Source: a virus (lineage: Duplodnaviria; Caudoviricetes). Taken from it: a stretch of 64,000 nt of DNA. The notes beneath the pieces were generated by a model. It was not told the DNA's origin. It searched no databases and saw only the letters and a program-made list of their open reading frames with translations. Shown here one piece after another: positions 38,660-47,709 of this stretch. The position numbers and the translations under genes were made by a program. Numbering within the stretch: the first letter of the stretch is position 1; each line of letters starts with the position of its first letter. Where the stretch lies: the IMG/VR virus record IMGVR_UViG_3300020036_001753, positions 1-64,000 of that record. The stretch is one strand, 5' to 3'.

Positions 38660-39334
38660 TTATAGATTTAATGCATTAATAATAAAAGGAATTTTAACAG
38701 CCATAGTATATTCTACAGGGAACTCTATCATAGTTGTTTGCATTTTTAAGTGATTATCAACTACTTCATAAATAGTAGCATAAATATTTCCAAACTCTTG
38801 CCTAAGAATAATAACTCTATCTTCAGGACAATAATGTAAAATTATAGCTTTTAATTGTTCAGTATAATCAACTCTAAAATAACGGTCTTCTTCAGTAGCA
38901 TCTTCTTTTTCAATCAGATGATTCTCTGTTTTAATATGAATGATAGCGTCGTGTTCAAAAGTATCTTCTATACATCCATACAAATGTTTTCCAAAATCTA
39001 TTAGGAATAACAGACTAGAAAAAACATCTTCCATACTAATTCCAGGATTCAAGCTGGATTTAATTATCTTGTAAGCTCTATCTACAACTCCAAAAGTAGT
39101 ACGATATCTATACTTCGTATGTGCTTTAAAGTGTGTAGAATTTTTGCTATACTGAGTTAAATTCAGCTTATACTCTCCTGTTAAATTAGGATCAGCCTTC
39201 TTTAGTATTGGCGATGTAAAAAAGTTAATCAAAACTGCAACGCTATCGTTAATAGAATCTTCAAGTATTATCTTTGTCATAGGTAAAAAATAAACCGGCA
39301 CTACACTCATGGTAGTACCGGCGGAAATTAACAA
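38660..39334 (-). CDS. hypothetical protein
   Basis: Long co-oriented ORF. Start may be the Met at 39310. Confidence 0.65.
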   Translation of the reverse strand: MLISAGTTMSVVPVYFLPMTKIILEDSINDSVAVLINFFTSPILKKADPNLTGEYKLNLTQYSKNSTHFKAHTKYRYRTTFGVVDRAYKIIKSSLNPGISMEDVFSSLLFLIDFGKHLYGCIEDTFEHDAIIHIKTENHLIEKEDATEEDRYFRVDYTEQLKAIILHYCPEDRVIILRQEFGNIYATIYEVVDNHLKMQTTMIEFPVEYTMAVKIPFIINALNL

Positions 39335-39346
39335 AACAAAACGAAG

Positions 39347-39823
39347 TTAAATAAATACTATAAAAACATCAGCTTCAGCTTCTTTAGCTTTTTTGACTAC
39401 AGCAAGATTAGAATTAACAGAATAAAAATTACCTTTAATAAGATAAAAATCGCCAAAATATTTGTATTCTTTTCTTTTTGCAGCTTTTATACTAAGTTCT
39501 TCAAAAGCCTTAGTAGCTAAATTTAGTTCTTTCTGTAAAGCAGCTTGTTGGTCAAGCAGCTCTTGATTATCATTAATAATGTTTTGATTATAAATTTTAA
39601 GATTTGTTAATGTAGAAACAACGTCACTGTATTTACGTTTCAAATTAGCATAATCTTCCTTAAGTTTACCGAACTTCCCATACTCTTGGTCTAATACTGT
39701 GCGATACATAGCTACTTTATCTTTAAGAGTAGTATCTCTATTAATAAGCATAAGCTTAATGAAAATTCCTACCGAAATTAATAGCATGATTGCTATACAA
39801 ATCCATAATACTGTTGTTGTCAT
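39347..39823 (-). CDS. N-terminal TM plus coiled-coil protein
   Basis: VLWICIAIMLLISVGIFI anchor followed by heptad-rich sequence. Confidence 0.65.
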   Translation of the reverse strand: MTTTVLWICIAIMLLISVGIFIKLMLINRDTTLKDKVAMYRTVLDQEYGKFGKLKEDYANLKRKYSDVVSTLTNLKIYNQNIINDNQELLDQQAALQKELNLATKAFEELSIKAAKRKEYKYFGDFYLIKGNFYSVNSNLAVVKKAKEAEADVFIVFI

Positions 39824-39835
39824 CGTTTAAAAATT

Positions 39836-40447
39836 TTAATAAGTGCGTAAAGAAAATGTTGTGTTTCGTACAATACCTTCTGGAAGATCCTTATCTTTAT
39901 AAAGATCTTTCAGTAAACTTTTTGAAGGTTCGCTTTCTACTTTAATCTTAAAAGCTTTCTTTTCCTCCAATTTCTGCAAAGCTGCTATAAATTCTGTAAC
40001 CTCTTTCTTATCCTGTGTCCAGTTAAAAGATAGCGTTACTTTAGGTAACGTTGCCTCTGGAACAGGTCTCGTAGCTGAATAAGACTCGTATCTAACTGCT
40101 GTAACTGTTGTCATAGGTAACTTTAAAGAAGCTCCTCCTGCTTTTGTAGCAGTTCCGTAAGTTCTCGTTACTTCAATTATACGATCTTCCAGGTAATCAA
40201 TGAGTTTCTCTTTGCTAACTTTTTTAGCTTGTAAAGTTTTAATGCGTGCGTCGATAGCTTCTTGCTCTGCTTTCAAGTTCCCTTTAAAGTATAAGTAATG
40301 CTCTATCTTCGTTGCCATTTCGTCTTTATTAATATTAAGACGTTCTAGAAACTCTTCCGGTATATCACTTGAACCAGTATCAGTAAGATATTCTTCTAGT
40401 TCAAGCAATGTTTTTTCGTATTCGTATTCAATCTGTTTTAGATTCAT
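39836..40447 (-). CDS. Siphovirus Gp157-like protein
   Basis: KIEHYLYFKGNLKAEQEAIDARIKTLQAKKVSKEKLIDYL coiled coil and a C-terminal LPEGIV..TTFSLR. Start taken at MNLKQ. Confidence 0.7.
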   Translation of the reverse strand: MNLKQIEYEYEKTLLELEEYLTDTGSSDIPEEFLERLNINKDEMATKIEHYLYFKGNLKAEQEAIDARIKTLQAKKVSKEKLIDYLEDRIIEVTRTYGTATKAGGASLKLPMTTVTAVRYESYSATRPVPEATLPKVTLSFNWTQDKKEVTEFIAALQKLEEKKAFKIKVESEPSKSLLKDLYKDKDLPEGIVRNTTFSLRTY

Positions 40448-40628
40448 TAGCTTGATTATTTGTTTGATTAGAAGAATCTTCAACAACATCTACAAGTCCA
40501 CTACCTTTACAAGTAGGACAATTAGTCATTGTTTGTTCAAATTCATTTTCATTAACTTTTTTTTCTTCACCAAAAACTACACCAGTACCACTACAAAATA
40601 AACAAGTAACAGTTATTGTATTTCTCAT
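40428..40628 (-). CDS. small DnaJ-type zinc-finger protein
   Basis: CLFCSGTG and CPTCKGSG (CxxCxGxG twice). Confidence 0.75.
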   Translation of the reverse strand: MRNTITVTCLFCSGTGVVFGEEKKVNENEFEQTMTNCPTCKGSGLVDVVEDSSNQTNNQANESKTD

Positions 40629-40653
40629 TATTTAAAGTTTTATTAATAATAAT

Positions 40654-40684
40654 AAAAAGTAGCAGGAACCTAAGCCCCTGCTAC
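40654..40684 (-). terminator. intrinsic terminator
   Basis: Minus strand gtagcaggggc-ttag-gttcctgctac followed by TTTTT. Confidence 0.7.
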
Positions 40685-40696
40685 AGCGTTAAAAAT

Positions 40697-40876
40697 TTAG
40701 TCTTCGTACTCTACTTCGTCGTCATCATCGTATTCCTCATCGTCGTCATCATAATCTCCATCTTCGTCATCAAATACAACTTCGTCAGGATCAACTTCTG
40801 CCAATACAACTTCGGCATCAATAATTTCCTCATCGAGTTCTACTGCAAATTGATTAGAATTCAAATCATTAGTCAT
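40697..40876 (-). CDS. 59-aa hyperacidic protein (absent from the ORF track)
   Basis: Translated by hand as MTNDLNSNQFAVELDEEIIDAEVVLAEVDPDEVVFDDEDGDYDDDDEEYDDDDEVEYED*. Has an AT-rich TTTTAAA leader and its own downstream terminator. Confidence 0.8.
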   Translation of the reverse strand: MTNDLNSNQFAVELDEEIIDAEVVLAEVDPDEVVFDDEDGDYDDDDEEYDDDDEVEYED

Positions 40877-40908
40877 TGTAATAATAGTTTAAAAATTAAT
40901 TAATAAAA

Positions 40909-41166
40909 TTATCCTCTTTTAAGTAGTTCCAATCGTAAACGTTCCTCTTGAATTTTAATTTGCATATTTAGTAAAAATTCATCATAGCGAATCATTAAAC
41001 TAACAATATCGAAATCTAAAGGAACTATCATACCGTTTTGGCAATTTTCAGCCAATGTGTCTAAAGCATTCTGCAAGCTATTGAATATTATAACTTTTCC
41101 ACTTCCATCATCTTCAGTAACAATAGAAAGTTCTCCATTAAAATTGTCAATCTGTATAAATTGCAT
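40909..41166 (-). CDS. small protein, paralog of 41458-41733
   Basis: IQIDNFNG..DDGSG..IF..LQ.A.DTL.ENCQNG.xVPL is shared with the paralog. Confidence 0.75.
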   Translation of the reverse strand: MQFIQIDNFNGELSIVTEDDGSGKVIIFNSLQNALDTLAENCQNGMIVPLDFDIVSLMIRYDEFLLNMQIKIQEERLRLELLKRG

Positions 41167-41178
41167 TTCTTTTTAAGT

Positions 41179-41451
41179 TTATTTACGTTTATAAATGTGA
41201 TAAAATATATCATCTTTTGGTAATAGAATGTAGTTACCATCCTGAGCAAGCCACCAAACGTCAACGATTTCCTTAACACGCTTAGGAAAAGTTACATCTA
41301 ACAAAACATCTACCTTAATAATTAAGAAAACGTTTCTTTTTGATATTCTTCTCCATCTTCGGTTATAGGTAATCTTTTCCTTTTTACGGACATGTGGCTT
41401 ATTAGCACTCATAGTAATATAATACCCTGCTTTTTTATTAGAGCGACTCAT
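41179..41451 (-). CDS. small basic hypothetical protein
   Basis: 90 aa, K/R-rich, lies between the two paralogs. Confidence 0.6.
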   Translation of the reverse strand: MSRSNKKAGYYITMSANKPHVRKKEKITYNRRWRRISKRNVFLIIKVDVLLDVTFPKRVKEIVDVWWLAQDGNYILLPKDDIFYHIYKRK

Positions 41452-41457
41452 ATTTAA

Positions 41458-41733
41458 TTATATAAAAATAACATCATCATCTAAATTTAAAACATTAGCT
41501 ATCAAATCACCTATATGAGCTAAAGTTCCACTGGTTTCATAAGCATCATACATCTCTCCTATTAAATATGTACAATCTACTCCTAAAGGAACCACTATAC
41601 CATTTTGGCAATTTTCCTCTAAAGTATCTTGTGCCTCCTGTAAATTGTCAAAGATAAGAGGTTCACCACTTCCATCATCTTTTGTAATGATAAAAATATT
41701 ACCATTAAAATTATCAATTTGAATGTACTCCAT
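41458..41733 (-). CDS. small protein, paralog of 40909-41166
   Basis: Start at MEYIQ (41733) chosen by alignment and a shared leader (AAACTTAAAAAGAAA(A)TG). Confidence 0.75.
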   Translation of the reverse strand: MEYIQIDNFNGNIFIITKDDGSGEPLIFDNLQEAQDTLEENCQNGIVVPLGVDCTYLIGEMYDAYETSGTLAHIGDLIANVLNLDDDVIFI

Positions 41734-41831
41734 TTTCTTTTTAAGTTTTAGGTTTAATAATAATATCAATTAAATGACAAACACAATGCGCAGGTGGTAA
41801 TCCGCACCCAGAGCATAATACTAATTCAGGT

Positions 41832-42035
41832 TCAATCGCTACTTTCATCTTTTTGTTCTTTTTGTTTTTGTTTAATATGAAAAAGCATCATTGCACTAGA
41901 AGCTGCTAATACTTTTCTAAGTACAACTTCTTCATGTATTATAGAATTTTCTTTTAATTTAAACGCTTCTGCAGCCTCTTCAACTACATCAACGTTTCCC
42001 CATGCGGAGAACAGCTTAACTAACTTTAGTGCCAT
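41832..42035 (-). CDS. hypothetical protein
   Basis: 67-aa ORF overlapping the ung stop. Confidence 0.55.
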   Translation of the reverse strand: MALKLVKLFSAWGNVDVVEEAAEAFKLKENSIIHEEVVLRKVLAASSAMMLFHIKQKQKEQKDESSD

Positions 42036-42739
42036 TGTATAGGTTTTATTTTAAAACTTGTTAAATAATGATTAACACTATCAAATCCAATGAAATTCCA
42101 ATCTATTTCTCTATAAACAGCTGAAATTGGATGTGTATATTCGATAACAAAGTGTCTAGGATTTATAAAAGGTCTTAACGATCTAGCATCATTACCTAAT
42201 AATATCCAAGCCAATTTATCTTTTTGATTCAATCTTTCAAGTACAAACTGAACTAAAGCAGACCAACCAATTCTAGCATGAGAATTAGGTTGATTTTTTC
42301 TAACTGTTAAAGTTCTATTCATAAGTAAAACTCCTTGTTTTGCAAGGTATTCAAGACTAGCTTCGTATCTATTAATTCCAGTTACTTTATTAGTACTGAA
42401 TAACGCTTTTCTTAGCACTTGTAACGAAGGATTAATTTCACAACCTTCCTTTACTCCAAAGGCTAGTCCTGTAGCAGAGCCATTATGATAAGGATCTTGT
42501 CCTATAATAACGACTTTACAATCATTATAATCACAAAGCTTAAATGCTTTAAAAATATCCTTATTATCAGGATATATAGTGAACGATCTTCTTTCTTTCT
42601 CAACCAGTGCCATAGTACCTTGAATAGCTCTAAACACTATTTCAGGAACTTCCCAGCCTGGCATAAAGTTCTTATTAAATTTCTCTATAGCAGCCGTATA
42701 TTCTCTTAATAACGCTATCTGCTCTTGTACTGGCAACAT
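42026..42739 (-). CDS. ung: uracil-DNA glycosylase, family 1
   Basis: KVVIIGQDPYH, ATGLAF, INPSL, GVLLMNRTLTV and SHARIGW motifs. The HPSPLS loop appears as HPISAV. Confidence 0.92.
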   Translation of the reverse strand: MLPVQEQIALLREYTAAIEKFNKNFMPGWEVPEIVFRAIQGTMALVEKERRSFTIYPDNKDIFKAFKLCDYNDCKVVIIGQDPYHNGSATGLAFGVKEGCEINPSLQVLRKALFSTNKVTGINRYEASLEYLAKQGVLLMNRTLTVRKNQPNSHARIGWSALVQFVLERLNQKDKLAWILLGNDARSLRPFINPRHFVIEYTHPISAVYREIDWNFIGFDSVNHYLTSFKIKPIQWH

Positions 42740-42763
42740 GGTATTATAAATTTTGAATAGATG

Positions 42764-42795
42764 AAAAGATACAAAAAATTGTGGTAATAATCAAA
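42764..42795 (-). promoter_or_regulatory. Bacteroidota sigma-type promoter candidate upstream of ung
   Basis: Minus strand TTTG-N20-TATCTTTT, one mismatch from the TTTG-N19-21-TAnnTTTG consensus. Confidence 0.45.
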
Positions 42796-42852
42796 TACCT
42801 GATAAGGTAAAAAAGTTTTTTGAGGCTATTTGCAAATAGGTAAAATCGAATT

Positions 42853-43200
42853 TTATGAAACTTTATTGACAGGATATGCAACTGAATAAGCCGTTTTAGG
42901 TTCATCTATTTTTAACATCATAAACAGCATTGAATACATTCCCAAATCCATTGCGCTTTCAGCAATAGATTCATTATTAGGTATAGTACCTCTATTAAGT
43001 AAATTACCTAATCTGACAACCTCAGTTGCCATATGAACCATAGCTATCATTCCCGGTGTAGTTCCGCAAATTTCTGCCACTAATTTAAAGTTAGATAATA
43101 CATCATCATCTTGAGCATAATCCATACCTTTAGAAAGCATTATTTCGGAAAACTGATTTGAAAAGTCTTGAAAGACTTTAAGTTGTTCTTCTTTTGTCAT
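42853..43200 (-). CDS. DUF1599 / nucleotide-modification-associated all-alpha domain protein
   Basis: IMLSKGMDYA..DVLSNF, VRLGNL and ESIAESAMDLGMY motifs. Start taken at MTKEEQ. Confidence 0.6.
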   Translation of the reverse strand: MTKEEQLKVFQDFSNQFSEIMLSKGMDYAQDDDVLSNFKLVAEICGTTPGMIAMVHMATEVVRLGNLLNRGTIPNNESIAESAMDLGMYSMLFMMLKIDEPKTAYSVAYPVNKVS

Positions 43201-43224
43201 AACAATTTTAATTAAAAGATAAAT

Positions 43225-43258
43225 AAAAACGGGCATAAGAATAAATCCTTATACCCGC
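43225..43258 (-). terminator. intrinsic terminator
   Basis: Minus strand gcgggtataag-gatttatt-cttatgcccgt followed by TTTT. Confidence 0.7.
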
Positions 43259-43285
43259 TACCATAAACAAAAACCTATCTATTAC

Positions 43286-43990
43286 TCACTTGTTTTCAAA
43301 AAATTCTATAACTCGGTTAGCCATCGAGTCTTTCTGCATCTTTAAGTACTTGTCAAAATATGTCCAAACATCGTGACCTGCATGAATAACTGAATGCAAC
43401 TCTATATTAGGACTAGTAGAATAAGAAGATGCTCTAATCTCATAAATTGAGTTAGCCTCTGTCTTATAAAGTTTGCCAGTACTAGATAAAGCCATAGCAG
43501 AATCTTCAACTCCAGCTAAATCCATCTTATGAGCAAATCCGCCTTTATAGGGAGTAGAATTATCTTCTATTCCATTAAGCATCATAACTCTAGGAGGCTT
43601 AATCGAAGATCCTGCTATTTTGACTAAAGGTTTTACAAGCGTTCCAGCTACAGCAAAAACATTGAGATCGCCTAAGTTCTTCTTTGCAGCAATCGTAAGA
43701 GCAAATACTGCGCCGCTAGATACTCCAACAATGTTAACTTCAGCAAGAGTAGTAAGTTCTGCAATTTCTCGCTGAATTATCTCAATAACTTTAGTAACAT
43801 CTCGATCATAATTCCAACCTCCAGTTGGAGTATCAAAGTAAATGCCAATAAACTTATCTTGTTGCTTGGCAAACATTTTTGTAAATTTAGTAGCTTTGCC
43901 AGTTATTCCTGGAAAGCCTACTATAACCTTCTTTACATTATAATGGGAAGGCACTACTACTTCATAATGATATTCTACCATTTTAATCAA
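43286..43990 (-). CDS. alpha/beta-hydrolase (LpqC/PHB-depolymerase-like esterase)
   Basis: Nucleophile elbow GVSSG, MLNGIED..PYKGG and HAGHDVW form a Ser-Asp-His triad pattern. Confidence 0.75.
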   Translation of the reverse strand: MIKMVEYHYEVVVPSHYNVKKVIVGFPGITGKATKFTKMFAKQQDKFIGIYFDTPTGGWNYDRDVTKVIEIIQREIAELTTLAEVNIVGVSSGAVFALTIAAKKNLGDLNVFAVAGTLVKPLVKIAGSSIKPPRVMMLNGIEDNSTPYKGGFAHKMDLAGVEDSAMALSSTGKLYKTEANSIYEIRASSYSTSPNIELHSVIHAGHDVWTYFDKYLKMQKDSMANRVIEFFENK

Positions 43991-44186
43991 TAGGTTGTTC
44001 TACGTAAGTAGGTCGTGAATAAGGAACGCCATTAGCGTCGTGAGTAACTTTTACTAACTTAACAGCTTTGGTAGGCTTACCAGTAGTGCTGCTAGCTTGA
44101 TCGGCTTTTACAGAATCTTCTAAATCTTTTCCATTAATAATAGGAAAATTTCTGTTAAAATTACCAAAACGAATTTGATCTGCCAT
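43983..44186 (-). CDS. hypothetical protein
   Basis: 67-aa ORF with an AT-rich TTTTAAA leader. Confidence 0.6.
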   Translation of the reverse strand: MADQIRFGNFNRNFPIINGKDLEDSVKADQASSTTGKPTKAVKLVKVTHDANGVPYSRPTYVEQPID

Positions 44187-44213
44187 GATGTTTAAAATTT
44201 AATAATTAAATAA

Positions 44214-45293
44214 TTATTCATAATCTCTAATCGCTATACCAACAGCATGAGAAGGAACACCTTTATTGGTTCTATCGCGGTATTCTACCGTGAGTCTCTT
44301 ACCAATTAGTTTATACCTGTCTCTGTAAAGTTCTCTTCGATAACCTTCTGTACCTTTAATTACACATTCAAAAGTCTCTGTATTCAGATCATTTTTCAGT
44401 GTAAATAACGGTATTCCTGGATTATCTCTAGTATCGTTAATATCTACTATTACAAATTCACCGTCAAAAAGTTTCTTAAGTTTAAGAAGATCCTTTGTAC
44501 GTTTCATTTGATAAGTAGCATGAACATTGCGTATCATAATTCCTTCAAATCCTGTTTCAATTCTTTTCTCAAAATACATTTGAATACTATCTCTAGAATA
44601 GAGTAAAATACTAGGTACTCTAGCTAAAGAAGATTCATGAAAAAAGCTACTAGTCATTTTTAAAGTTTTAGCTCTTTCTAGCTGGTTAATATTATCTTTA
44701 TGATAATCATAAACAAAATATTGTAGCTGAGTACTAAAGATACTTGGTGTTTTGATATAAGAAATAATATCTTGTAAAGGTGTACCGTGAATATAAAGTT
44801 CTCCATCAAGAAAGTTACAATCCAGTTCATCAATTAATCTGCCAGCAGCATCAGCAATCAAAGGCAAATTAATAGCGTTACCTAATCTTGATTCTAATAT
44901 AGTAACGCCATTATCTTTGTAAGCAATACATCGCATACCATTGAGTTTAGGTTGTCCAATAACAGGATATACGATTTTATTTTCATAATCGAAGAATTGC
45001 TTAGCTAGCATAGGAGTTCTAAGCATTTTAGCAGCGTTTCTAGCAGATTCTACAGAGACTCTATAGCCTTCATTTTCTTTCTTTTCTGCCATAGCTTTAG
45101 CTTCTAATATTGCTTGTGCTCCTGCACTAGTTTCATTAGCTTTACCAATGTTTTTACCTTTAACTACTTTAGTATGAGTAACTTCTTGTCCTCCTAATTT
45201 AGAAGACGTTGTTGTTATCTTACCATCTTGTGTTTCAACTTTCCAGCGTCTAATATCACCGGAACTATCTTGCTTATAAAGTGTAAGAATCAT
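44214..45293 (-). CDS. ATP-dependent DNA ligase
   Basis: QPKLNGMRC (motif I), LDGELY, FEGIMIR and LLKLK motifs, plus an OB-fold C-terminus. Confidence 0.92.
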   Translation of the reverse strand: MILTLYKQDSSGDIRRWKVETQDGKITTTSSKLGGQEVTHTKVVKGKNIGKANETSAGAQAILEAKAMAEKKENEGYRVSVESARNAAKMLRTPMLAKQFFDYENKIVYPVIGQPKLNGMRCIAYKDNGVTILESRLGNAINLPLIADAAGRLIDELDCNFLDGELYIHGTPLQDIISYIKTPSIFSTQLQYFVYDYHKDNINQLERAKTLKMTSSFFHESSLARVPSILLYSRDSIQMYFEKRIETGFEGIMIRNVHATYQMKRTKDLLKLKKLFDGEFVIVDINDTRDNPGIPLFTLKNDLNTETFECVIKGTEGYRRELYRDRYKLIGKRLTVEYRDRTNKGVPSHAVGIAIRDYE

Positions 45294-46129
45294 CTGTTGT
45301 GAAATTTTTTATAAAATGAATTGTTAATGACAACATCTCTGTCATCGTGAAAAATATCAAATACAAGCTTTCTTTCTTCTACTGTTTCGGTAGGTACATA
45401 TAATCCTCCTTGCGGATCATGTGTTACGTAAAAAATATTATCGTCAGGAAGTTTAGGTTCGAAATACTTAATCTTAGTTTTAGTCTTTCTATCTAAAGTT
45501 CCAGTAGTACCTGAGCAAAGTAAATCCAAAAAGCATTTGCCATAAAGATAGCTATGATTTCCTAAATCCCACTTAGTTTTAGTAGAATCTGTAGCTTTAC
45601 TATTATCGCTAGCTTTTCTAGGACAATTGAAAACTGTAAGTCTAATTAAAACTGGATAATCAGTTAGAATAGGAATATCTTTCAGATATGGAACAAAACT
45701 TTCTTTTATAGCTGTAACTATCTTACTTCGATTAACCGGATGTAGTACGCCTGAATAAATGTCTTGAGCATTGATACGTTGAACTTTTTGCTTACCTTGT
45801 TTAGTTTCATTAAGAATAATTACTTGATTATCAGATGTAGCTAAAATAAGTTCACATCGTGTTAATATCGTATCTATTTTAGCTAAATACTTTTCTTCAG
45901 GTACAAAAGCTAAAACAACCTTATTCTTAACTCTTCCGTAGATAATACAATTAAGCTCTGCTAAATCGTGAATATCTTTAGTAGCGCCCAAAGATTTCCT
46001 AATCATTACAGGGAGCTTAGAAACGTCTATCTTCCTCCCTGTAATATGTAAGAACTTTGGGCGTACTTTATTACTTAGTACTACTTGCTCTATGTAATTT
46101 GGTATAATAATCCTCTGTAAATGCTTCAT
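45290..46129 (-). CDS. RusA-like resolvase candidate
   Basis: WDLGNH...GKCFLDLL...LPDDN resembles the RusA DxDN..K...D.L..DD pattern. Confidence 0.45.
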   Translation of the reverse strand: MKHLQRIIIPNYIEQVVLSNKVRPKFLHITGRKIDVSKLPVMIRKSLGATKDIHDLAELNCIIYGRVKNKVVLAFVPEEKYLAKIDTILTRCELILATSDNQVIILNETKQGKQKVQRINAQDIYSGVLHPVNRSKIVTAIKESFVPYLKDIPILTDYPVLIRLTVFNCPRKASDNSKATDSTKTKWDLGNHSYLYGKCFLDLLCSGTTGTLDRKTKTKIKYFEPKLPDDNIFYVTHDPQGGLYVPTETVEERKLVFDIFHDDRDVVINNSFYKKFHNR

Positions 46130-46536
46130 ATTATATTATAAAATAAACAGTAACAGGGTGCAGTATCTTTTACTCTATTTCCTGTCATCGAAATAAGATT
46201 ATTGACTTGAAATTGAATATTATCGCTATTTAAAGTTCTATTACCATAAGAACCTATACCTGGAATTATACCTTCATGATCTCTTCCAAGTTCTACTCTA
46301 GAATGAATAAATACTCTACCATTTTTACGTGGCGGAAACCATTGAGAAATTACTTTTAATGGCATCTTTCTTAAGTCTCCTACACCTATAGCTCTTTCAG
46401 GAGCTACGAATTCAAAATGTTGAGCATCTTCTGCCATAATAGGTATTCCACTATTTAGAAGCTCTACTATCGTTAAAGCTTCTTCTTTTGACATTAGCAC
46501 AAACATTGCTATTTTTTCTGATAACTTGATAATCAT
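46126..46536 (-). CDS. hypothetical protein
   Basis: 136-aa ORF coupled by ATGA-type overlaps. Confidence 0.65.
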   Translation of the reverse strand: MIIKLSEKIAMFVLMSKEEALTIVELLNSGIPIMAEDAQHFEFVAPERAIGVGDLRKMPLKVISQWFPPRKNGRVFIHSRVELGRDHEGIIPGIGSYGNRTLNSDNIQFQVNNLISMTGNRVKDTAPCYCLFYNII

Positions 46537-47636
46537 TGTGAATGGTTTACTGTTATAAAATCAATTAAATCGTTCTTGCTTTCTGGATATTCATCCATAA
46601 GTTCTAATAGTTCGTGTGTTTGTTCTAATCCAAATTTAGCTAAATAATCAGAAATATCTTTAGCTTCGTAGTTAATAGTATTGAGAATGCCATTGGTAAG
46701 AAAGTTTGGTTGAATACCATAACGCTTTCTCATAAAATTGCTAGTTTTTATACCAATATACTCAAAATCTAATAAAGACTTAATCTCTTTCCAATTTGTA
46801 GCTAAAGAAAAATGTTGTGTACTTGTAAGTGGGATACCTTCTGCGCAAAGCCCAATAGATTGCCTATTAAAATGTTTATGTAAAACAACAACATCTTTAT
46901 AAGCTTTTGTTACTCTTCCTAGTTTAGCAGGTTTAATTAAATGTGTTCCTTGTAGAGCATTTGTGTTTGTTAAAAATCTAAATCGAGATTTCCTTAATGG
47001 AAAGTAGATTTTCCATAAGCTGACATTATCTTGCATACCAAGCCAATAGGCATAAGCAGGATCTTTATCGTTATAATCATAAACTAATTGCTTATTTATA
47101 TAAAGATAGTAAACAGGGTAAACTAGATAAGCATTTTGAAGTTCTTCTAAATCAGTAATATAATACTGTTTCCAATAATCAGTATCTTTAATAACCCAAT
47201 TTCTAGGAGTTATATCAAATACAGATACAGACTTTTCTTTAATGTTTTTAGGTTTATTAGTATAATTTTCAGAGGTTTCGTTAATGTAATTTAGTAGCTT
47301 AAATTCTTTGGCTATTATTTCTAGTATTATATTAAAATCTACAGGATTAGAAGCACTTAATAAATTTTGGTATCCTACAACATCAAAACAATCTCCATGA
47401 AAATAGCCAGCAAAATCATTCATTTTTAGTCTACCATTTCTCCAATAAAATCCACAAGTAGGATTATTATCTGTTCGTAAAGGAGAACACATTAACAAAT
47501 TACTTTCAGTACAATTACTAATTTCTATTTCCGTAACAACACGATTTCCTTTAGAGAGAAACTTAGAAAAGATTTCTTCTTGATTGATATATTCTAATAT
47601 CAACGTTCTTGTTAATTTTTCTGTTATTCCGAACAT
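46533..47636 (-). CDS. DNA primase (crAss-like DnaG type)
   Basis: N-terminal CSPLRTDNNPTCGF..DF...GDCF zinc-binding domain, TKAYKDV TOPRIM-like motif and KDISDY. Confidence 0.8.
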   Translation of the reverse strand: MFGITEKLTRTLILEYINQEEIFSKFLSKGNRVVTEIEISNCTESNLLMCSPLRTDNNPTCGFYWRNGRLKMNDFAGYFHGDCFDVVGYQNLLSASNPVDFNIILEIIAKEFKLLNYINETSENYTNKPKNIKEKSVSVFDITPRNWVIKDTDYWKQYYITDLEELQNAYLVYPVYYLYINKQLVYDYNDKDPAYAYWLGMQDNVSLWKIYFPLRKSRFRFLTNTNALQGTHLIKPAKLGRVTKAYKDVVVLHKHFNRQSIGLCAEGIPLTSTQHFSLATNWKEIKSLLDFEYIGIKTSNFMRKRYGIQPNFLTNGILNTINYEAKDISDYLAKFGLEQTHELLELMDEYPESKNDLIDFITVNHSQ

Positions 47637-47652
47637 AAGATTATATATAATT

Positions 47653-47689
47653 AAAAAAGCCCTGCCACTAATAAAAAGGGCAAGGCTTT
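47653..47689 (-). terminator. intrinsic terminator
   Basis: Minus strand aaagccttgcc...ggcagggcttt followed by TTT, with one G-U pair. Confidence 0.65.
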
Positions 47690-47709
47690 GTACAAAAGAG
47701 AAATGTAAA

